Part shown: positions 12,231 through 25,263 of the stretch, in pieces
How the letters are laid out: each line of letters opens with the position of its first letter
Position numbering within the stretch: the first letter of the stretch is position 1
Source of the DNA: Eledone cirrhosa
Taxonomy: Eukaryota
Assembly: GCA_964016885.1 (NCBI GenBank)
Contig: OZ024743.1
Coordinates: forward strand, 79,298,001 to 79,362,000
Length of the DNA stretch: 64,000 nt
Direction of reading: 5' to 3'
Made by a program: the position numbers and the translations under genes
Notes under the pieces: model-generated
Database searches by the model: none
What the model was told of the DNA's origin: nothing
The model's input: only the letters and a program-made list of their open reading frames with translations

Positions 12231-13074
12231 ATACATATATATACATATATATATATATACATATATATACACATATATATATATATACATAAATATACAT
12301 ATATATCCACATATATATATATACACATATATATACATACACATATATATATATATATAGCTATATATATACACATATATATACACATATATATATACAC
12401 ATATATATATACACATATATATATACATATATATATATATACACATATATATATACATATATATATATATACATATATATATACACATATATATATATAT
12501 ACACATATATATATATACACATATATATATATACACACATATATATATATACACATACACACACATACATACATTGATATTTGTATCCTGTTTACCAAAG
12601 TCTTAGTTAAATGACTACTCTTTTGTTACTATATTTCTAATGGGAGGGCAGCAAATGATTTGAAAGGATTTAGTAAAGTTAAGCTGGTATTTTGGACATA
12701 AGAGGTTTTTAGATAAACTTATGATGGACGGTTTATAGAGGAATAAATAAAGTCTTTGGGAATATTTAGTAATATCACTAAGGTTTTCAGAAAAATATAA
12801 ACACATTAAAACATGTAGCTTAGTAATGTGAAATTAGGGGCTGGTTTAGGCAGTTGAGTATGAACAGAGTTTAATGTGTTTATATCAGATCTCGTTGTAC
12901 TTGGGGAAGATGGAGGAGACGAGACGAAGTGGGGTCGGGTGGTGAAAGTATAATCATTAAAATAAAAAGATAATTTCATTAAACTACAGTTGTTGCCAGT
13001 TGTAAGTTAGTGCACAGCTTAAAGTGCATCCGCAATGAGTCAATATTTTTATTTCTCTGACATGACTGATGCTT

Positions 13075-13195
13075 GGAGTAAGTAGTAGTAGCAATAGTAG
13101 TGGTGGTGGTGGTAGTAGTACTAGTGGTGGAAGTGGTAATATTAGTGGCGGTGGTAGTAGTAATAAAAGTAGTGGTAGTACTAGTAGTGATGATG
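13075..13195. repeat. (GTA/GTG)n trinucleotide low-complexity tract
   Basis: Read directly. Confidence 0.85.
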
Positions 13196-13953
13196 GAGTT
13201 CCTGGCACTACTGTGGGTCATTTCTGGGAATTTGGATCAAAATTTGAATTTACAATTTACACACAAAAATTCATATATTTTTAATTATTTTCCATGTTTT
13301 AATTGTTAAAATAAATGAAATTAATATTTTTTGGCATAAATTTAAATAATCATGGCTATATATATATAATGTGTGTGTGTGTATGCATATTTGTGTATAT
13401 GTATATGCATATGCATGTGTGTGTATGCATATATATGTATATGCATGTGTGTGTGTGTGTATGCATATATGTGGATGTGTATATATATATATAAATTTTC
13501 AAGCTGAAATTTTTCTTAAAATTAAATTGTAATACTGACTTGGATTAAATGAAATTAAGGGAGAAAAACCAACAAAAATAACAAGAAAATATATATATAA
13601 ATACAAATTAATTAACATGTTTTATATTAAATTTTGATTTATTTTTTAAATTCTAATTTCCTATTCTACTTCTTCAGCACTTTATCCAAATTTCAATTTT
13701 ATAGCCTCCCCCTCCTCCTACTTTAAAAACCTCCACAAAAATCCACTGTTTTAATTTTGTGAAAAAACGTTATCTCGGTTTTATAAATTTGAAATATTTA
13801 TTTTGAATTAAAATTTTAGAAAAACAGAATTAGATTTATTAAAGAGAATTTTAATTACAAGTGACTTGATTACAACAGATTTCAAAAGGTTTTTTGTTAT
13901 AATACACTGGGGTAATTGCTGGCCTTGTGCCAAAAGTAGAAACAATTATTATT

Positions 13954-14140
13954 TGGATTGGCAGTCTCGGTAGAGGGTTGGACGCCATGCTTTGATGCAT
14001 AGAGTTATGGCCTTTGCCATTCTGAGTTCAAATCCCGCCGAGGTTAACTTTGCCATTCGTCCTTACGGGGTCGATAAAATAAAGTATCAGTAACACACTG
14101 GAATAATTGCTGGCCTTGTGCCAAATGTAGAAACAATTAT
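13954..14140 (+). mobile_element. SINE family 1 copy
   Basis: Head, B box, core and ATT tail; preceded by an extra tail fragment at ~13903-13950. Confidence 0.8.
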
Positions 14141-14611
14141 TATTAAAATGACAGTATTAAAGCTGGTTATACCCCCCTCTACACAAATCTACATTATTAG
14201 TTCAGTATTAGTCCTATAGAAGGTGGTGAATTGGCAGAGTTGTTAGAACATCAGATAGAATACCTTGTATTCATTTCAGCTCTCTAATCTCTGAGGTCGA
14301 TAAAAAAAAGTACCAGTCAAGTACTGGGATCGATTCTTCCTCTATATCTCTTTCTCACTTCCATTCTCTCCTTCTCTCTCCTTTTCTGGAAGATTCTGCT
14401 GTGTTCAAACATCGAGAGGGATGAGCTCTACCAGGCTTAAAAAGCTGCCCTAGAATCAGGGTCTGTCAATACGGTACCCCTATGACTCCCCCAGGAGTTA
14501 CGGAGCCATACAAGCATTAGTCTTATATTGGCAGTCATTAGAGCATTGGGTTAAATACCTTGGTGTATGACCAGGCTCCTAGTGCTCTCCTCTTGATGTC
14601 AACATTACCTT

Positions 14612-14986
14612 TCATTCTTTTCTATTATAGGGCGGGTAAAATTCCCAAGATCCATGGACGAGTTCTCTCCAGCGGTCTCTGTCCCTCATTATCGCCCCTC
14701 TGTCCTGCATCTCCAAGAGACCAGTGTCTGTCCTTAGGGCATCAACATATGTTAACCTCGGTCTTCTTCTTCCAGTGTGTCCATGTAGGGGCTCCCGCAG
14801 GAGCACTGAGTGCAGTGTCAACTCTGGATGTTGGTGAGCATGTCCAGCTAACCCCAGTTTCCTCTGGGCTACTCTCAAGCTAACTTTTGGGAGGCTCCCG
14901 TACAGCTCTGAGATCTTCATCCTCAGTGTATACTGATTAATGTTCAGAGCCATCCTCAGCATTCTCGTGTAGCACCCATCCACCAT
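14612..14986 (-). mobile_element. 3' remnant of an RTE-like LINE ORF
   Basis: DGCYTRMLRMALNI...LYGSLPKVS...LGLAGH...RRPRLTYVD...MRDRDRWR, a typical RTE-group C-terminus. Confidence 0.75.
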
Positions 14987-15949
14987 CTTTTAGGATTGAT
15001 AAATAAAGTAAGAATCGAGAGATGGGGTAGATTGGTGTAATTGTTAAAGAGTCTGACATTTCTTTAAAGTATCTGATCAGTTCTGAGTATTCTAAGTTCA
15101 AATGCTGCCTCACTCTACCAGGAGTTATGGCAGACAGTATCAGCAATGGAAACATTGTTTCCTTTGTCTGATCTGATGATGAACTTTCTTTTGCCAACAG
15201 TTGCAGCCAGCAGATAGCAGCATGGAAATAAACCCTAATAGAAACATTATTTCCTTGACTCGATTTTATTTTCAACTTCTCCCTTTTTTCAGTTGTATTG
15301 TTTTGTTATTTGTTTCTTTTTTGTTTCTTTTATGATAGACATCAGTCTTTAAATGTTTTGTGGTCAGATTCGAGGACTTTTCCATATCTGTTGTGTGTGT
15401 GAGACTTTAACCCATTCCAAAGGATGCCATCATCAACATTGTTATCATCGTTGTCATATTGTATCATTATTTATTAATTATATGTAACGCAAAGTGTGGT
15501 AGTTTGGTAAACCTTAATATGAACAGGTACCAGTAACATACTGGGGACTGTAGAATTACATTCAGTCCATTGTGAACCCTTATAGAAATTTGTGTATTCT
15601 ATACCTGATGTGTTTATATACAATAATTTGCACACTGATGAAATTTGAAGATATAGAAAGCAACACAGTTACGTGTATATAAAGTAGCTTTTTACAGTGT
15701 AGCTTATAAATATATTAACAACAGCAACAAATATTTTAAGGGGATGACCCTGCTAAGGGGTTAGCCTTGTCAGCTCGATAACAGATTTTATTCTGATGAT
15801 AGACTATATGAGGCAATGTTTCATAGCTGGATGCCAACCCTTTTAGTTGCTTCATATGTCACACAAGGATATGATGTACTTATTTGATATATGTAGATCT
15901 TGGACAAGTCTTTCAACATATATATATATATTTCTGTATTCTCTCTCTC

Positions 15950-15990
<41 letters not shown>

Positions 15991-15994
<4 letters not shown>

Positions 15995-16220
15995 CCACAA
16001 CAAATTAGCAAACCATACTCGAGGACGTGTGTTTCACCGAGTAGATTTTCAACCCTGTATGGTTGTTCTCAGCATGGCCATAGAGGGTTGAAAATCTGCT
16101 ACGTGAAACACATGTCCTCAAGTATAGTTTGCTAATTTGTTGTGGAACTACCTCTATACCCAACTCGTCCTCTGGACTGAGTGCTCTACTTACTACAGAT
16201 ATAACCTGGTTTTTTACCAC
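15991..16220 (+). mobile_element. asymmetric hairpin element (~75-bp arms plus ~70-nt tail) in (TA)n
   Basis: 15991-16149 is an imperfect palindrome; right arm contains GAAAC-ACAT-GTC; tail resembles the tail at 4320-4400. Confidence 0.6.
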
Positions 16221-16489
16221 TATATATATATATATATGTTTATATAGAAAAGGCTTCTACAGGACTAGTTCTGTTTCATTTGTGATATATATATGTATAT
16301 ATAAGGGAATGTATATTTTAGAGTACCTTGCAAAGATGATCATTAGATTTTAACACAGGAAGATGCTAGTTAAAACGTTTTCCCCTATGAAAAGTTAAAT
16401 ATTAAAATATTTAGATTTTTAGATTTTTCTAGAAACTGGTCATTTGTCTTGGTAAAAAATATTGTCTTCAACAAAAAGTAAAAATACAT

Positions 16490-16535
<46 letters not shown>

Positions 16536-16698
16536 GGAATAGAATGAAACAAAATTTCATTTCTCACGCTTAAATGTAAGTATGTATGTATGTATGTATA
16601 CGTACATACATATATGTATACAGACGTACATGTATGTATATATATACATACTACTGTACGTCGGTATACATATATGTATGTACGTATACATACATACT

Positions 16699-16786
<88 letters not shown>

Positions 16787-16843
16787 CATATATATATACA
16801 TATATATATATATATACATTTATATATACATATATATATCTAC

Positions 16844-16889
<46 letters not shown>

Positions 16890-16898
16890 GTATATATG

Positions 16899-16930
<32 letters not shown>

Positions 16931-16936
16931 CATATG

Positions 16937-16968
<32 letters not shown>

Positions 16969-17014
16969 CATATGTATATATATATACATATATATGTATA
17001 TATATATATACATA

Positions 17015-17064
<50 letters not shown>

Positions 17065-17230
17065 CACATATAGATATATATACACATATAGATATATATA
17101 CATATATATGTATATATACATATATATGTATATATACATATATATGTATATATACATATATATGTATATATACATATATAGATATATATACATATATATG
17201 TATATATACATATATATGTATATATACATA

Positions 17231-17286
<56 letters not shown>

Positions 17287-17373
17287 GATATATACACATA
17301 TAGATATATACATATATATATATATACACATATAGATATATATATATACATATATATATATATACACATATAG

Positions 17374-17428
<55 letters not shown>

Positions 17429-17549
17429 GATATATATATATATACACATAGATATATATATATACACATAGATATATATATATATACACATAGATATATA
17501 TATATATACATATATATACATATATATACATATATATACATATATATAC

Positions 17550-17624
<75 letters not shown>

Positions 17625-17643
17625 TATATACATATATATATAC

Positions 17644-17674
<31 letters not shown>

Positions 17675-17691
17675 CACATATATATATATAC

Positions 17692-17722
<31 letters not shown>

Positions 17723-17789
17723 CACATATATATATATACATATATATATATACACATAGATATATATATATATATATATATACACATAG

Positions 17790-17820
<31 letters not shown>

Positions 17821-17823
17821 CAC

Positions 17824-17880
<57 letters not shown>

Positions 17881-18195
17881 TATATATACATATATATAGA
17901 TATATATATACATAGATATAGATATATATATACATATATATAGATATATATATACATATATATAGATATATATATACATACATAGATATATATATACATA
18001 TATATAGATATATATATACATATATATAGATATATATATATACATATATATAGATATATATATACATATATATAGATATATATATACATATATATAGATA
18101 TATATATACATACATAGATATATATATACATATATATAGATATATATATACATATATATAGATATATATATACATATATATATATACATACATAG

Positions 18196-18226
<31 letters not shown>

Positions 18227-18597
18227 GATATATATATATATATATATATATGCATATATAGATATATATATATACATACATAGATATATATATACATATA
18301 TAGATATATAGATATATATATACATATATAGATATAGATATACATAGATATAGATATACATACATAGATATATATATACATACATAGATATATATATACA
18401 TACATAGATATATATATACATACATAGATATATATATACATACATAGATATATATATACATACATAGATATATATATACATACATACATAGATATATATA
18501 TACATACATACATAGATATATATATACATACATAGATATATATATACATACATAGATATATGCATACATATATATAAATATATACATGCATATATAC

Positions 18598-18636
<39 letters not shown>

Positions 18637-18638
18637 CA

Positions 18639-18680
<42 letters not shown>

Positions 18681-18722
18681 TATATATATATACATGCATA
18701 TATATACATATATATATATACA

Positions 18723-18757
<35 letters not shown>

Positions 18758-18759
18758 GC

Positions 18760-18790
<31 letters not shown>

Positions 18791-19043
18791 CATGCATATA
18801 TATATATATATATATACATGCATATATATATATATATATACATAGATATATATATACATACATATATATATATATATATACATGCATATATATACATAGA
18901 TATATATATACATACATATATATATATACATGCATATATATACATAGATATATATATACATGCATATATATACATAGATATATATATACATGCATATATA
19001 TACACAGATATATATATATACATACATATATATATATACATAG

Positions 19044-19091
<48 letters not shown>

Positions 19092-19093
19092 GC

Positions 19094-19126
<33 letters not shown>

Positions 19127-19128
19127 CA

Positions 19129-19163
<35 letters not shown>

Positions 19164-19297
19164 GCATATATATACATATATATATATATATACATACATA
19201 CACATATATATATATACATACATACACATATATATATATACATACATACACACATATATATATACATACACACATATATATATACATACATACACAC

Positions 19298-19352
<55 letters not shown>

Positions 19353-19374
19353 CACATACAAATATATATATATC
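16490..19374. repeat. ~2.9-kb compound (TA)n microsatellite with periodic CA/GA/TG variants
   Basis: Read directly; source of the spurious IYIY ORFs. Confidence 0.95.
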
Positions 19375-19475
19375 AGATTCCCAAGAGACCAATATCCTAA
19401 ACACCATTTTTTATCATTGAAACGTTCAGATTCCTTGGGTTCCCCGCCTCCCCCAATATAAACACGCACACTATA

Positions 19476-19516
<41 letters not shown>

Positions 19517-20051
19517 TATTATAAATGAATATGTTATATATAAATTTCATTATATATGTATTTATAATACATATATATATATTACACACATATATTATGT
19601 ATATAACAATATATATTTTATATTATTATATATCCTTGGATATTAATGTAAATAAAACAATGTTAATATGTTGTTAATATGCTTACATATTTATACACCC
19701 ATGAGTGGATATTATATATTTATTGAACACAAGAGTGTATATAAGTGTGTGTGTGTATCTATAATATGTATATATATATATATACATATATACGTTATAT
19801 ATATATATAATTTTACATGGATACAAATAAATTTACCCAACAGAAAAGTATGGTGATGCTTATATTATTTACACATATACACACACATATATATGCATGT
19901 ACACATAATGTTATATATAAGCACGCACATCCATATATCAATGCACACACATATACGTTGAAATGCTTACATAATTATACAGACATATATATATAAATGG
20001 CACACACACACGTGTAAATACCAATCATTTTATGTATATATATATGTACAA

Positions 20052-20095
<44 letters not shown>

Positions 20096-20212
20096 TTATA
20101 TATATATATATACACTCACAGACAGTCATACATGTATTTACAATTGTTTGTCTGTTGACATCGTCCATTTTCATAATGTTATCTTTCAAATGCTTTGTAC
20201 GCACACACATAA

Positions 20213-20247
<35 letters not shown>

Positions 20248-20282
20248 ATACCCTCATGTGCACACACGAACATATATAAATA

Positions 20283-20326
<44 letters not shown>

Positions 20327-20351
20327 CTCATGTGCGCACACACAAACAACC

Positions 20352-20384
<33 letters not shown>

Positions 20385-20561
20385 CAGAAACATACACATA
20401 CATGTATGCATATATGCACTCTTGCATACACATACACATGTACACACAACACAATGACTCTCTTTCTCCTATTAAAAAAATACACCAACAAAAACAAAAG
20501 ATGCATGAAATAAAAGTGTTACAAATTTATTTATTAATTATGTCTCTTTAATGTTTTGTAG

Positions 20562-20892
20562 TGTGCCATCTCTGTGGCTCAGGTGCCAGCTCTGAGGCAC
20601 TGCTGCCATCTCTGTGGAACCTGTGCCATCTCTGTGGCTCAGGTTCCAGCTCTGAGGCACTGCTGCCATCTCTGTGGCACCTGTGCCATCTCTGTGGCAC
20701 CTGTGCCATCTCTGTGGCACCTGTGCCATCTCTGTGGCACCTGTGCCATCTCTGTGGCTCAGGTGCCATCTCTATGGATCAGGTGCCATCCCTGTGGCTC
20801 AGGTGCCATCCATGTAGCTCAGGTGCCATCTCTGTGGCTCAGTTGCCATCTCTCTGGCTCAGGTGTCATCTCTGTGGATCAGGTGCCATCCC
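20562..20892. repeat. 20-bp GC-rich minisatellite (GTGCCATCTCTGTGGCTCAG / ...GGCACCT), ~16 copies
   Basis: Read directly. Confidence 0.9.
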
Positions 20893-21994
20893 TATCATAT
20901 GGTTGACACTTCAATGTCATCTGGGTCTCACTTTAATATCATGATGGTGACACCCCAGTACTTGTGTGCCATTTCTGTCACCCAGGTGCCCCTTTATTGT
21001 CAACACGACAACATCCTTGTACCTTGACACCTGAGTCATACCCCTGTACTCTGGTATGACCCTGTTACCTTTGTGACACTTTAATGTCAAAAACAAGAAA
21101 TGAAATCAATTATGGCTGGACACAGATATATTTTTCCTTTCTTTTAATTTTATGTTTTAAAGATATTTGAAATTATTTGGTACTTGGAATTGTATTGAGC
21201 ACAAGAGTTTAAATGTTTTTAGGGAATCAAATACAAAGAGTGAGGTTTCAAATCTCAGACAAAGCTTATTTCATTTAATTAGGGGCCATACCCATTACTT
21301 TTTTATTCCTGTGAAAAAAAAAAAATACATGTATCTTCCAAATATTCACTTCCTCTCCCTGAAATTATTTATCTTCCTTTATATTCAGTTTAAAAATATT
21401 CAAACAAAAATAGTTTGTCTTTTTAACCTTTCAGGGTTGATAAAACAAATTACCAATATGTAGTGACATTAATTAAATTAATTAAATCAACACCTTGTCC
21501 CCTAATTACTGGCTTTGTGTCTGACTTAGAAACCATTAGGGCAGTAGAACCACCCTTCCTCTCAAATTCTTGGACCTCTACCTTAGGAACCATATTTGTC
21601 TTGTTTTTTTCTAAATCAGTTTACTTTTCTTTAAAAACTGGAGATTTAACCAAGAAGGATTCAATATCTGTGATCTGTGCCAAGTGTTTATATGTTCCTT
21701 TTGGGGGGGGGGGTGAGAATTATAAGAAAACTAAAACAATTGAAAAAATAAAATTTGAATAAAAAAAAATATAAATAAATAAAAATTCTTTGATTTTAAA
21801 CCTGTCGACTCATTGCTTTTTTCTCTTCTTTCTCTTCATTCTCATCATCATCACCATCATACATATTTGCCAGAGAATCATCTTTCAGACAATGAAATGT
21901 GGGACATCATTATACAGTTGTAATATAAAGATTTTACTGCAAATATCAGCTGAGAATGAAATTCTTTGTTTTTAAGATATGAGTAAAAGTGATG

Positions 21995-22265
21995 TCATCA
22001 TCATCACCATTTTATATCCGTTCTTCCACGCTAGCATGAGTTAGACAGGTTGTCTTGTTGTGGGCAGTGTCCGGTCGGCTGACCTTGTCTTGCTCATACG
22101 GGAACTGATTCTGGCTTGATTTCAACAGCTGGATGCCTTTCCTAACACCAACCTCATTTACAGTGATTGCTGGGTGCTTTTTTTTCCGTAGCGCCTACAT
22201 GTCCACTTTGCAGTGTGGGCTGGGTGCTTTTTTGCCGTAGCACCTACATGACCACTTTTCAGTGG
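21995..22265 (-). mobile_element. RTE family B 3' UTR or SINE tail fragment
   Basis: Reverse complement of 53170-53432. Confidence 0.8.
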
Positions 22266-22909
22266 GAGAGTATTCTCCACTTCTAATTAACTTACGCTCT
22301 GCCTCTGGGTCCCATCTGACATGAATGGAGAATACATTGAGGACAGAGAAGGAAATATGCTGAAAAGGCCACTCCATCTGAAGGGGCTCCCACCTGAGGG
22401 CAACCAACTTCACTCAGCAGGGGTGTGGTCTGGAGGTCAAGAACACTGGGAGTCTCCATTGCTACAGGTTCTACTCTAAATCTACCCAAGAGCTGCTGAT
22501 CAAGTTATATAGTTACAGCTCTTCTGTTAAACAGATTAAAATTTTCTATCTGAAATCATTCCAGCATAATTTCATGTAAGAAACTTCACTAAGTTATGTT
22601 CCAAACATTGGCTTATTTTCAAAATTCTTTAAAAGTGATAGACAGAGCCTTTCATTAGAAATATAGTAACAAAACAGTTCAAAACTTTATATTTATCTAA
22701 GAACATTCCTTAAGTTATGTTCCAAACACCAGTTTAATAAACAAGCAAGTTATATCACTAAATGCCTCCACATCCTCAATTATTTGAAAATTCACATGTG
22801 GTATATATTAATAAAAATGAAAAGTTAAAATATTTGTAGTGTATATTTAGGGTAGTTATTGATGGTGAATAGACTGGTTGGAACAATAACAGTTTTGTTT
22901 ACATGTAAT

Positions 22910-23215
22910 ATTGACTTTTGGAAACATTTTTTATGCTAAGAATTGCTGAAGCATGGAACAAACTACCAGCATCAGTTATCAGCTGTTGGGACACTGCATC
23001 CTTTAAAACTTCCATGCTTCCTGAGATTCGCCAACACTACACCTGATATTCCCTCTCCATACACACGCCAACATGTCTGTGTGTGTGTGTATACCATGAC
23101 TCATACACTGTTCACTTTCCTGACATTTGTACATTATTCTATATACTATATATGAACCTTTGATGAGTTGTAGTGCACCTGAGTACGGTACACAATAATT
23201 TTCATGAATATTATA
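22910..23215 (+). mobile_element. CR1-clade LINE 3' end
   Basis: KHFFMLRIAEAWNKLPASVISC coding end plus 3' UTR; matches 54558-54845. Confidence 0.8.
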
Positions 23216-23689
23216 TTTATTTAAGAAACCTTCTCCCATAAATTCATGTAAGAACCTTAGATATGTTCTGCTGTGTAACATTGGTCTGTATTTTGTTAAC
23301 TTGCAGTGGTCAGTTCAAATCTTCAGGTCAGTATAGTTTAGACAAAAGTAGAAATGTGAGTTTATCATACTTATTTGTACATGATATAATAGAATATATA
23401 CAGGTGTGGCACTACCTTTATGGCCAACTAGGCAGTGTCTAGGTCACAGACCTCAGAGAGGCACATTACTGAAATATAAAGTACCACAGTTTTGTATAGG
23501 GTTGGTGCTACCATTAACACCAACTAGGGCACCGTTGAGGGCATCAGAGAGACACATTACTGAAATATAAAGTACCACAGTTTTGTGCCAATTTGTATAA
23601 TTAAATTAGATATATAATAATTTTCTGCAATCAATAAATAAATTACTAATTGGGTTCCTCTGAAAGGTCTTTGGGGTAATATTAGTTGA

Positions 23690-23975
23690 AGGAGTGTAGC
23701 TCAGAGGTGCTCCAGGTAGAGCTGCTTACTTCGCTGAATTGAGAGATAACAGCTCTGATACTATGGACATGTGGTTTGAATGTCTTGTTAAGAATTGCTG
23801 GGCAGATTTTATGGGCAAAACCAATTGGCAGGAGACCCAAGGGTTAACCCCGAGCAAGAAGGTTGGACAACATCCATGAACTTGGCTGGTCTTGCTTGGG
23901 GATCCAGCTGGATCAGTTGGAGTTGGTTGCTTCTGATAGGACTTGCTGGAAGGAGTGTTTGGGGGCTAAGAAGAA
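23690..23975 (+). mobile_element. degenerate RTE (Rex3/Expander-like) family D fragment
   Basis: Matches 48890-49170 in the opposite orientation. Confidence 0.7.
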
Positions 23976-24374
23976 GATATTTTACGTCTTTCTGTGGCGT
24001 GCATGTGGCATGTACATGTATATGTAGTATGTACTTATACATGTAGTATGTACATACCACATGTAGATGTATGTATGTGTACATGTGGCAGGTACATGTG
24101 TGTGTCTATATATATATATAGCTGTTGCCATGAGTTCATCTGTGTTTACATCACGCACATATCTAAGATAATTCAGACAAGAATGGACATCCCTTGGTTT
24201 CAAAGATGAGTCTTCCAGTTATTCCATCAATAGAATAGTCTAATAAGGAGATTAATGTACAAATGGCTGAGTATTCCAGAGTTAAAGCCTTTACATAATT
24301 CTCAGGCAGATTCAGTGTAAAACAAGGTAGGTTCTTTGAAATAGAGATACAATCTCTCTTGTATTATAATGTAC

Positions 24375-24560
24375 GGTGGATTGGCAGTATCGGTAGAGGT
24401 TCGGACGCCATGCTTTGACGCATTGAGTTATGGCCCTTTACGGTCTGAGTTCATATACCTCTGAGGTTAACTTTGCTTTTCATCCTTATGGGGTCGATAA
24501 ATAGAGTACCAGTAATACGCTGGGGTAATTGCTGGCCTTGTGCCAATAGTAGAAACTATT
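24375..24560 (+). mobile_element. SINE family 1 copy
   Basis: Head, core and tail as at 3522. Confidence 0.78.
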
Positions 24561-24762
24561 ATAATGTAAGTGGTTGAGTATTCCAGAGTTATGTGAATCC
24601 ATAATATAATTTACAGAGGTGGGGGGGGGTAAGATGGGGGGAGCGGATCTGTAAAAGTAATAAGCAGAGGGCAGGGAGCATTATTTGACACCCGAGAGTA
24701 TGTATATAAATATATACATACACACACCCACACACACACATACACACACACACACATATATG

Positions 24763-25067
24763 AAGGCGCATGGCTTAGTGGTTAGAGCATTGGGCTTGCA
24801 ATCGAAAGGTTGTGAGTTCAATTTTCGGACTGGGGTCCCTATCATTCCACTGTAAAGTGGCCGTGTAGGTACCACGACAAAAAGCACCCAACACTCACTG
24901 TAAATGAGGTTGGTGTTAGGAGGGGCATCCAGCTGTAGAAATCAAGCCAGAATCAGTGCCTGTATGAGCAAGACAATGTCAGCCGACTAGACACTGCCCA
25001 CAACAGGACAACCGTCTAACCCATGCTAGCGTGGAAGAATGGACGTAAAACGGTGATGATGATGATG
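24763..25067 (+). mobile_element. tRNA SINE carrying the RTE family B 3' end
   Basis: Head as at 10298; last ~220 nt closely match the LINE 3' UTR at 53210-53432; (GAT)n tail. Confidence 0.8.
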
Positions 25068-25069
25068 AA

Positions 25070-25100
<31 letters not shown>

Positions 25101-25263
25101 CATATATATAACAACGCGTGTGTCTAATCAATGATATATAAAATGATTAAAGGGAAATAAATCTTGGAAAACTAGAAATATTTGACTGGCGGAAGACTGA
25201 CTTTTCTCAGTAAACAGAAACTGGGACGACATTGTGTTGATCTTCTGTCGGGTCGTATCTTCC

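Noticed and set aside
14937-15275. 112-aa minus-strand ORF
   Set aside because: No recognisable homology, an in-frame stop just upstream, and it runs into a LINE remnant; kept only as part of a low-confidence exon hypothesis.
16385-20506. IYIY/YIYM ORFs of up to 963 aa (also at 9939-10921, 12227-12598 and 63476-63804)
   Set aside because: Translations of TA/CA microsatellites.
20538-20944. Cys/His-rich LCHLCG ORFs resembling zinc fingers
   Set aside because: Products of the 20-bp minisatellite, open in several frames on both strands.
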